Position numbers and translations under genes: made by a program
IMG/VR virus record: IMGVR_UViG_3300017978_000288
Coordinates: 1 to 35,921 of that record
Reading direction: 5' to 3' (one strand)
Length of the DNA stretch: 35,921 nucleotides
Origin: a virus
Notes under the pieces: generated by a model
The model's input: only the letters and a program-made list of their open reading frames with translations
What the model was told of the DNA's origin: nothing
Database searches by the model: none
Shown here: positions 19,075 through 24,722 of the stretch, piece by piece
Numbering within the stretch: the stretch's first letter is position 1
Layout of the letters: each line of letters opens with the position of its first letter

Positions 19075-19165
19075 AGTATACTCTTTTCTTACACTTAATA
19101 GTATACTCTTAGTGTACTTAATAGTGTAATATATAGTGTAATTAATAGTGTAATTGTGTAATTAG
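19075..19165. repeat. Right inverted arm: 2 x AGTATACTCTT plus 4-5 x 12-bp-phased TAGTGTAAT iterons
   Basis: AGTATACTCTT at 19075 and 19100. TAGTGTA(C/A)T at 19110, 19122, 19134 and 19146, with a degenerate copy at 19154. Confidence 0.85.
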
Positions 19166-19240
19166 GAAAAAAGGTAAAACTTTTATTAATATGCAAGCAT
19201 TTAAGACAACAAATTATTTTTAAAATATTTTACTAAATGT

Positions 19241-19271
19241 TTTGGATTAATGTAAACAAGTATTATTATTG
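19241..19271 (+). promoter_or_regulatory. Early promoter-like element TTTG-N19-TATTATTG
   Basis: TTTG at 19241-19244, an exact 19-nt spacer, then TATTATTG at 19264-19271. This matches the Bacteroidota -33/-7 layout (TTTG / TAnnTTTG) with one mismatch. Confidence 0.4.
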
Positions 19272-19299
19272 TGAATTGTTTAACCTAAAATATATTAAA

Positions 19300-19476
19300 A
19301 TGAAAAATCAAACAACATTCGAAAAGAAAATCAAGCTAGTAAATGAGCTGGTAATTGATTTAAACAAAGTGGTAGAAACACAAAGCGAAAATTTTGAGCA
19401 AATTAACTACCAATTGAGTATTTTAAACGCTTCCGTAATTCAAGCCCTTAAATACTTAGAAAATCACAAACTTTAA
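19300..19476 (+). CDS. Hypothetical protein (58 aa), first early gene
   Basis: The ORF track starts at 19237, but the promoter-like box lies inside that extension. The internal ATG at 19300 has the usual AAAATG context. Followed by a terminator. Confidence 0.55.
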   Translation: MKNQTTFEKKIKLVNELVIDLNKVVETQSENFEQINYQLSILNASVIQALKYLENHKL

Positions 19477-19484
19477 TCAATCCA

Positions 19485-19515
19485 GGGGGTGTAATAGCCC
19501 CCTTTAAAATCTTTT
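19485..19515 (+). terminator. Rho-independent terminator
   Basis: GGGGG-tgtaatag-CCCCC followed by TTTAAAATCTTTT. Confidence 0.6.
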
Positions 19516-19534
19516 AATCTTAATCAATACCAAA

Positions 19535-19669
19535 ATGAAAAACTCAAAAGAAAATCTAGCACAATTATATTTCGGATTAGATAAATTTACCTTTCAAGAT
19601 TTAATCGAATTATCAAAACAATTAGGGGTATTATTTTTAGCCCTATTAGTTGCTTCTTTATTATCTTAA
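19535..19669 (+). CDS. Unannotated 44-aa micro-ORF with hydrophobic C-terminus
   Basis: Hand translation: MKNSKENLAQLYFGLDKFTFQDLIELSKQLGVLFLALLVASLLS. CAAAATG start context. Below the 60-aa ORF-track cutoff. Confidence 0.4.
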   Translation: MKNSKENLAQLYFGLDKFTFQDLIELSKQLGVLFLALLVASLLS

Positions 19670-19697
19670 CTTTTTAACCTTTTAAAAATATACTAAT

Positions 19698-20018
19698 ATG
19701 AGCACATTTAACAAGTACGGTTTTATTGAAGACCTAAAAAATGATTTATTAAACGATATTAAAAACGGATATTTAAAAGATACGGATGAAATTTGGGATA
19801 GGATACATGAACAAATTGATAATGCTGTAATTTATTACTCAGACTGTTTCGAAATTTGTAAAGAACTTAATTTTACTGATTTTACATCCCATGAATTAGG
19901 CGAAGCTTCAAACATTTGCCAGGCAGCATACTTTGCTCTTTATGATTGGGTAAATGAAGAATTTGACCAAAGTGAAATAGAAGAAGCAATAGAGGCAAAG
20001 CAATTAGAAGAAAACTAA
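19698..20018 (+). CDS. Hypothetical strongly acidic early protein (106 aa)
   Basis: 26 D/E versus 7 K/R by my count. No motif recognised. Confidence 0.8.
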   Translation: MSTFNKYGFIEDLKNDLLNDIKNGYLKDTDEIWDRIHEQIDNAVIYYSDCFEICKELNFTDFTSHELGEASNICQAAYFALYDWVNEEFDQSEIEEAIEAKQLEEN

Positions 20019-20044
20019 ATTTTTAACCTTAAATAATTAATCCA

Positions 20045-20623
20045 ATGAAAACGCAAATAGTTGAAACATACCTACCAATTTTTCCAGGCTTTTATAATTC
20101 CTTAATTGAAGGTGATTTTGAAATTGACCAATTTTTATACGAAAATGATTTGACCTATGAAAATATAAATTTTGACTTTAAAAATTATTCAATAGATGTA
20201 TCAAAAAAAGCCTGCTATTATATAGAAAAACAATTAAAAGATTTCGGCATTTTGTCTATTCAATTCCAGGAATTAATCAGCCCCAAATATTATAACTTTT
20301 CTACTGACTCAATTAATTGTGAAATTGAAATAGAGCCCGAAAAAATTCGCTGGTATATTCACAATAACTTTGAAAATTTTCGGGAATACATTTACGATAA
20401 TTATTCCCATAAATCTGGATTTATATCAAGCTACTCAAACCAGTCTTGCGATTGGATAACCAATACAAGTAATTTTTCAGACTTTACTCAAAATAAACAT
20501 TATTTAGGCTCTATTTTGACTTTTATTTGCCAAAATGAAGGAATAAACGAAAATCATTTATGCCAATTTATCCTAGATGATATATACATTGACAACTATA
20601 TTATAATTCTAGAAAATCAATAA
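20045..20623 (+). CDS. Hypothetical early protein (192 aa)
   Basis: Long ORF, Asn/Tyr/Phe-rich, N-terminal YLPIFPGFYNSLIE. No family recognised. Confidence 0.8.
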   Translation: MKTQIVETYLPIFPGFYNSLIEGDFEIDQFLYENDLTYENINFDFKNYSIDVSKKACYYIEKQLKDFGILSIQFQELISPKYYNFSTDSINCEIEIEPEKIRWYIHNNFENFREYIYDNYSHKSGFISSYSNQSCDWITNTSNFSDFTQNKHYLGSILTFICQNEGINENHLCQFILDDIYIDNYIIILENQ

Positions 20624-20646
20624 TTAACCTATAAAATAAAAAAGCA

Positions 20647-20847
20647 ATGAAAAATGAATTTCCAATTTGGGGCATCAAGCCAAATGAAAAAATAGAAAGC
20701 CTTTTATATACTAAGTGCATTTCATATAAAGAAGCTTTTAAAATTTTAGAATTGCTTGAAAACAAATACAAATGCACTAATTGCAGAATTCAGATTTTAG
20801 ACCTGAATGCCCCTATTAAAAACGATTTTATAAACGCTATAAATTAA
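20647..20847 (+). CDS. Hypothetical protein (66 aa)
   Basis: ORF with AAAGCAATG start context, tightly spaced in the operon. Confidence 0.65.
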   Translation: MKNEFPIWGIKPNEKIESLLYTKCISYKEAFKILELLENKYKCTNCRIQILDLNAPIKNDFINAIN

Positions 20848-20853
20848 AACACA

Positions 20854-21084
20854 ATGAAACGATTTAGAATTTCTCAAACTGATAATTTAAAAATTAATGT
20901 AACCTTAAAAGGTAGCCTTATAATTCCCACAATCCAGGATAACGGCTTCACCAATATAGAACAAATTAAAAATTTTGTTTTAAACAAATTGCCCTGGAAT
21001 GTAAAGGGATACGGTAGGCGAATAGAAATAGGTATCCACAATATGGATAAGGTTCAAAGTAAATATATTAACACATTTTCATAA
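20854..21084 (+). CDS. Hypothetical protein (76 aa)
   Basis: ORF with ACACAATG start context. Followed by a terminator. Confidence 0.65.
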   Translation: MKRFRISQTDNLKINVTLKGSLIIPTIQDNGFTNIEQIKNFVLNKLPWNVKGYGRRIEIGIHNMDKVQSKYINTFS

Positions 21085-21095
21085 CAATTAAAATT

Positions 21096-21117
21096 AGGGC
21101 TTTTTAGCCCTTTTTTT
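21096..21117 (+). terminator. Rho-independent terminator (AGGGCT-TTTT-AGCCCT plus T7)
   Basis: 6-bp GC-rich stem, 4-nt loop and a T-run, 12 nt after the stop of 20854..21084. Confidence 0.75.
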
Positions 21118-21134
21118 ATAGACTTTATATTAAT

Positions 21135-21188
21135 AGCCCTCTTTGGGGCTTTTATTGTTTATAGGGCTTTTTAGCCCTTTGTTTATTT
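21135..21188 (+). terminator. Two further tandem terminator-like hairpins
   Basis: AGCCC-tctttg-GGGCT (21135-21150). An exact second copy of AGGGCTTTTTAGCCCT lies at 21163-21178. Each is followed by T-rich sequence. Confidence 0.45.
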
Positions 21189-21427
21189 AATAGCCTACCA
21201 ATGTATTAAGCGAAGCAATTCAATTGAATACAGGGCAAAAGAAAGGCTAATAAACCAGGTATTTAATTAGGCTTATTAATAGCCTGGAAAACCTTAGTGC
21301 CTTATTAACTCAATACTTTGCATTTAAGCGACTTTTATAGCTTATAAGGTGATTGTATTAAGTACCTATTAAAAGTGCCTTAGAATTAAAGTTTAGTGCC
21401 TTAAAAACAATTTAAATATTTATACCA

Positions 21428-21658
21428 ATGAGAAACAAAATTAGTATCCAGAAAAGTACACTATTAAGAAACATTCTAAATAAGCTATTTAAAAGCTACG
21501 GAAAAGTGGAAAAAGTGCCCCAAGGCTCTATGGGGAAAAAAGCTGATAGTCCTGGGATTTTTTTCGGGAAAATTTCAAATTTGGTAGGAATCCTTTTGTG
21601 GATTATAGTTTTGCTAAATTTAATTATCACTTTTTTAATTTATAAAATAATATTTTAA
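21428..21658 (+). CDS. Small tail-anchored membrane protein (76 aa)
   Basis: Basic N-terminal half and a C-terminal TM segment, LVGILLWIIVLLNLIITFLIY. Confidence 0.65.
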   Translation: MRNKISIQKSTLLRNILNKLFKSYGKVEKVPQGSMGKKADSPGIFFGKISNLVGILLWIIVLLNLIITFLIYKIIF

Positions 21659-21665
21659 TAAATGG

Positions 21666-21695
21666 TGTAGTTTTTAAATTTAATAACTACATTTG
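21666..21695 (+). promoter_or_regulatory. 7-bp inverted repeat TGTAGTT-N12-AACTACA overlapping a perfect -7 box TACATTTG; candidate operator/promoter of the RHH gene
   Basis: TGTAGTT at 21666-21672, AACTACA at 21685-21691, TACATTTG at 21688-21695. It lies 27 nt upstream of the RHH ATG. No clear -33 TTTG was found. Confidence 0.35.
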
Positions 21696-21721
21696 TTCAA
21701 GTTAAAAATACAAATAAAATT

Positions 21722-21922
21722 ATGAACGATAAAACAACAACAAACCCAAAGAAAGCAGGTCGTCCTTATGGTGTTCCTACAAGTGTAATTTCTGTTAGAA
21801 TACCTACTGAATTAAAAAAGAAAGCAGATGAGCGTTTTGGTAATCATTGGGCAGGAATGTTTAGGCATTTTGTAGAGGTATATTTATTAGAAAGAGAGCC
21901 AATAGAAATTAAGAAAAAGTAG
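21722..21922 (+). CDS. Ribbon-helix-helix (CopG/Arc-type) transcriptional regulator
   Basis: 66 aa. VISVRIPTELKKKADERFG is a typical RHH beta-strand/helix-1 start. Confidence 0.65.
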   Translation: MNDKTTTNPKKAGRPYGVPTSVISVRIPTELKKKADERFGNHWAGMFRHFVEVYLLEREPIEIKKK

Positions 21923-21960
21923 ATTGTTTTTTATATTAATAGGTTAAAAATGAGTGTGTA

Positions 21961-21993
21961 AAGTGGTGAAATTTTTTTTCATCACTTTATTTT
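21961..21993 (+). terminator. Rho-independent terminator after the RHH gene
   Basis: AAGTGGTGA / TCATCACTT forms a 9-bp stem with one G-T pair, with T-rich sequence in and after the loop. Confidence 0.55.
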
Positions 21994-22052
21994 AAAACTA
22001 TTTTTCTGAAAATTAAAAATTAGGGACTTTTTCTAAAAATAAATTATCAATC

Positions 22053-22583
22053 ATGGAAATTTGGAAAGACATAGAAGGATATAATGGAATTTACCAGGTA
22101 AGTAATTATGGTAATGTTTATGTTATAGGAAGGAATATTATAAGGAATAATGTTAATTATTTTCTTAAACCAAAATATATGAAATGCAGATACGACTTAG
22201 ATGGATATTTATTAGTTGGATTAACAAAGGATAAAAAACAGAATACTTTTAGAGTTCATAGACTTGTTTGTGAAGCATTTATTAAAAATGAATTTAATAA
22301 ACCTCAAATCAATCATATTGATGGTAACAAATCAAATAATAATATTAGCAATTTGGAATGGTGTACTGCAAGTGAAAATATAAAACACGCATTTAAATTG
22401 GGATTAAATAAATTTAGTCATAAAAATAGATTAGCAGTTAGTAAAAAAGTTATTAATGTTGAAACAAATACTATTTATGATTCTATTAAAGAAGCATCAA
22501 TGGCACATAATTTTAAATCAACTACTCTTTATGATAAATTGAGTGGCAAATCAAATAATAATACTTCTCTTAGATATCAATGA
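22053..22583 (+). CDS. HNH homing endonuclease (NUMOD4 + HNH_3 + C-terminal DNA-binding module)
   Basis: MEIWKDIEGYNGIYQVSNYGNV (NUMOD4-like). HRLVCEAF...INHIDGNKSNNNISNLEWCTASENIKHA (HNH core). VINVETNTIYDSIKEAS (NUMOD1/IENR1-like). Confidence 0.85.
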   Translation: MEIWKDIEGYNGIYQVSNYGNVYVIGRNIIRNNVNYFLKPKYMKCRYDLDGYLLVGLTKDKKQNTFRVHRLVCEAFIKNEFNKPQINHIDGNKSNNNISNLEWCTASENIKHAFKLGLNKFSHKNRLAVSKKVINVETNTIYDSIKEASMAHNFKSTTLYDKLSGKSNNNTSLRYQ

Positions 22584-22684
22584 AAAAAGAATTAGATGAA
22601 ATAAATCACAAATGTGTAGCTATTGCCTACTGGATTATAGCTATTTGCTCAATTGTTATACTACTTAAATGTTGTAACCTATGA
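22580..22684 (+). CDS. Unannotated 34-aa membrane micro-ORF
   Basis: Hand translation: MKKELDEINHKCVAIAYWIIAICSIVILLKCCNL. ATGA overlaps at both ends (HNH stop and next ATG). Confidence 0.4.
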   Translation: MKKELDEINHKCVAIAYWIIAICSIVILLKCCNL

Positions 22685-22857
22685 CACCACAAGAAATGAC
22701 ACAAGAACTATTAGAAGAGTTAACTAACAATTATGATATAACTCCCAAGATAGCAGTAGAGATGGCAATGTTTGCAATAGACAAAGTAGTCAATTACGAA
22801 GGTATTTATAACTCAGATTTCTGGATAGAAGTAATGGAAGAATTAGACAATTTATAA
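22681..22857 (+). CDS. Unannotated 58-aa acidic ORF
   Basis: Hand translation: MTPQEMTQELLEELTNNYDITPKIAVEMAMFAIDKVVNYEGIYNSDFWIEVMEELDNL. Just under the ORF-track cutoff. Confidence 0.5.
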   Translation: MTPQEMTQELLEELTNNYDITPKIAVEMAMFAIDKVVNYEGIYNSDFWIEVMEELDNL

Positions 22858-22930
22858 TATGAAAATTAGACTATTTGTATCTCATAACAGGCTTGAAGTA
22901 TTGCCTTGTTTCACCCTTTTTAAATACAGA

Positions 22931-22960
22931 AGAAGTGCTTCGATGCACTTTTCTTGGATT
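22931..22960 (+). terminator. Terminator-like hairpin
   Basis: GAAGTGC-ttcgat-GCACTT(T) stem followed by TTCTTGG..ATTTT. Confidence 0.35.
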
Positions 22961-22986
22961 ATATTTTCACTAAGCTTCGGAATTAG

Positions 22987-23337
22987 ATGGAGGTAATCTA
23001 CGGAACTGTACCAAGTAAGTCTAACTCTTACAGGATAGCAGGAAGGTTTATGTATAAAACCAAAGTCCTAAAAGATTATGAAGCTTCATTCATTGAGCAA
23101 TGCAAAGTTTACAAAGATGGAAACCTGGAAGGTAATCTTAAAATTATTTTGAAGGTTTATTATCCTAATAGAAAATCTGATTTAGATGGAGTTACAAAAG
23201 CAGTATTAGACTTGCTTCAAAAGGTTAATGCCTTTGAGAATGATAATAAGGTTGCAGAATTATTTTTATACAAAGGATTGGATAAGGAAAATCCTAGAAT
23301 TGAATTTACGATTGAAGTATTAGATTATATTATTTAA
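22987..23337 (+). CDS. rusA: RusA-like Holliday junction resolvase
   Basis: 116 aa. GTVPSKSNSY, RKSDLDGVTKAVLDLL and ENDNKV parallel the RusA motifs (PPS.N; D.DN..K...D.L; DD..V). Confidence 0.6.
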   Translation: MEVIYGTVPSKSNSYRIAGRFMYKTKVLKDYEASFIEQCKVYKDGNLEGNLKIILKVYYPNRKSDLDGVTKAVLDLLQKVNAFENDNKVAELFLYKGLDKENPRIEFTIEVLDYII

Positions 23338-23355
23338 CACTAAACCCAACACAAA

Positions 23356-23460
23356 ATGAAAGCAAAATTAAAAGAACTTTACTGGATTATGGTAGAAGTA
23401 TTTATCTCAATAATTTACATTCCAGTTGAATTATTTAAACAATTTTTTAACCTAAAATAA
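23356..23460 (+). CDS. Unannotated 34-aa hydrophobic micro-ORF
   Basis: Hand translation: MKAKLKELYWIMVEVFISIIYIPVELFKQFFNLK. ACAAAATG start context. Confidence 0.35.
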   Translation: MKAKLKELYWIMVEVFISIIYIPVELFKQFFNLK

Positions 23461-23467
23461 ACGCACA

Positions 23468-23833
23468 ATGACAACACAAGAATCACACAAATTTCTTACC
23501 TATTATTCTTTTTGTAATTACATGACTGACTTTATAGAAGACAGGTGGTCTAATTCATCAATGAATGTTAAGAAAGTAAAGTACCTAACCAATCAATTAA
23601 AAGGAGAGTTGGAGAAATCTATTAATCACATTTTCGAACAAAAGGAAAATGGTGGTATAAACATGGACAATGTCTTAGAGCAGTTTGTCAATGCTAGCTT
23701 TGTTATGGAATACTTTTTTAATGTAGGTTTAGAAATGGATTTATTAGAAGAGGATAAAAAGGTAGAACTTAATGATAGAATGAATAAATTATTAAAGGAG
23801 TATAACATAGACTTAACAAAAAATGAGAGATAG
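23468..23833 (+). CDS. Hypothetical protein (121 aa)
   Basis: ORF with GCACAATG context. Overlaps the next gene by 11 nt. Confidence 0.75.
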   Translation: MTTQESHKFLTYYSFCNYMTDFIEDRWSNSSMNVKKVKYLTNQLKGELEKSINHIFEQKENGGINMDNVLEQFVNASFVMEYFFNVGLEMDLLEEDKKVELNDRMNKLLKEYNIDLTKNER

Positions 23834-24185
23834 CATAGTAGAATCAGTAAGGGAAGATTTACACAATCGTTCCCAGGTTGGAATCAAGAAGTATAATCAA
23901 ACTCTTGATAGAGAAGATTTAGATGAGGTTGATTGGATTCAGCACGCATACGAAGAATTGCTTGATGGGGCTTTGTATCTTAAAAGATTAAAGGGTGATG
24001 TAGAGAGTATGTACAACTCCTGGGATGACCTAATAGCAGAACACTTTAAAGTAAAAGAAGAACTTTCAGTAAAAATCAGAATCATTGAGAATCTTAATAA
24101 GGTAATTTTATCCCAAGAGCAAGAGATAAAAGAGTTAAAAAAGGATAATCATTTGCAACAAAAAAGAAGGGCTTGGCATATTTAG
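23823..24185 (+). CDS. Hypothetical protein; possible MazG-like / dNTP pyrophosphohydrolase-type helical domain plus coiled coil
   Basis: R..VG.KKY......L....W...AYEELLD.ALYL resembles the N-terminal pattern of phage dATP/dGTP diphosphohydrolase/MazG-like proteins. This is a weak, by-eye match. Confidence 0.35.
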   Translation: MRDSIVESVREDLHNRSQVGIKKYNQTLDREDLDEVDWIQHAYEELLDGALYLKRLKGDVESMYNSWDDLIAEHFKVKEELSVKIRIIENLNKVILSQEQEIKELKKDNHLQQKRRAWHI

Positions 24186-24204
24186 AGCCCTTTTTTATTT
24201 TTTT
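24168..24204 (+). terminator. Rho-independent terminator overlapping the end of 23823..24185
   Basis: AGGGCT-tggcatatttag-AGCCCT followed by TTTTTATTTTTTT. Confidence 0.7.
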
Positions 24205-24236
24205 ATCACAATTATTAAATATTTTTTAATATTTTA

Positions 24237-24267
24237 TTTGATACTAAATAAATGTTTACTAATATTG
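24237..24267 (+). promoter_or_regulatory. Promoter-like element TTTG-N19-TAATATTG for the replication/recombination unit
   Basis: TTTG at 24237-24240, an exact 19-nt spacer, then TAATATTG at 24260-24267. It lies 20 nt upstream of the ATG at 24287. It shows the same one-position deviation (TAnnATTG) as the 19241 element. Confidence 0.45.
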
Positions 24268-24286
24268 TACAACAAATAACAACAAA

Positions 24287-24469
24287 ATGAAAATAATCCA
24301 CTTAAAAAACGACATTTACCAAGTTGTAGATGAATCAATTGGTACAACATTTCACCAAGGCACTTATATTGAATGCCAATCTTTTATTGAATTATATCAG
24401 TTTAAAGACAATCCATTTTTTAAAGAATTTTTAAATTTAATCAATCCAACACATGAAAAAGCAAATTAA
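24287..24469 (+). CDS. Hypothetical protein (60 aa)
   Basis: First ORF after the promoter-like box. Confidence 0.65.
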   Translation: MKIIHLKNDIYQVVDESIGTTFHQGTYIECQSFIELYQFKDNPFFKEFLNLINPTHEKAN

Positions 24470-24698
24470 CACTATCGAATCAGATTTAACCAATTTAGGG
24501 TTAGAATTAGATGATTTTTTCATCGTTTCTTTCTGGAAAACAAATGAATCAGTTGCAATCCAGGGGCATTATTCAGACCAACTTTTTAATAAGTTGTCAG
24601 CCCTTGAAAGTAAAGGTTTCGAATCTATTTATCATCAAGATTTTAACCAATGGCATTTTAAAAATCAAGCATTAAATATCAATATTACAATTTCTTAA
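24453..24698 (+). CDS. Hypothetical protein (81 aa)
   Basis: ORF overlapping the previous one by 17 nt. Confidence 0.65.
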   Translation: MKKQINTIESDLTNLGLELDDFFIVSFWKTNESVAIQGHYSDQLFNKLSALESKGFESIYHQDFNQWHFKNQALNINITIS

Positions 24699-24722
24699 AT
24701 TTTAACTTAAACAATTAACACA

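Larger units (their letters stand above)
18064..19236. other. ORF-free, GC-elevated, repeat-dense hub between the divergent arms (candidate ori / pac-cos / regulatory array / ncRNA)
   Basis: No ORF of 60 aa or more in any frame. The core is about 45 percent G+C by hand count, against AT-rich flanks. It holds multiple short repeat families and inverted arms. Confidence 0.6.

Noticed and set aside
18064-19236. Possibility that the hub repeats are a CRISPR array, a tRNA cluster or a hidden small gene
   Set aside because: The repeats are short, belong to several families and are irregularly spaced, so there is no repeat-spacer periodicity. I found no cloverleaf-compatible segment or T-loop (GTTCGAATC-like) sequence. 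The longest ATG ORFs are 45 aa or less, with odd composition (for example PPTPPPGY from the antisense of the G-tracts).
22859-22993. 44-aa ORF (MKIRLFVSHNRLEVLPCFTLFKYRRSASMHFSWIIFSLSFGIRWR) between the 58-aa ORF and rusA
   Set aside because: It contains a terminator-like hairpin (22931-22960) and has an implausible composition. More likely it is non-coding spacer.
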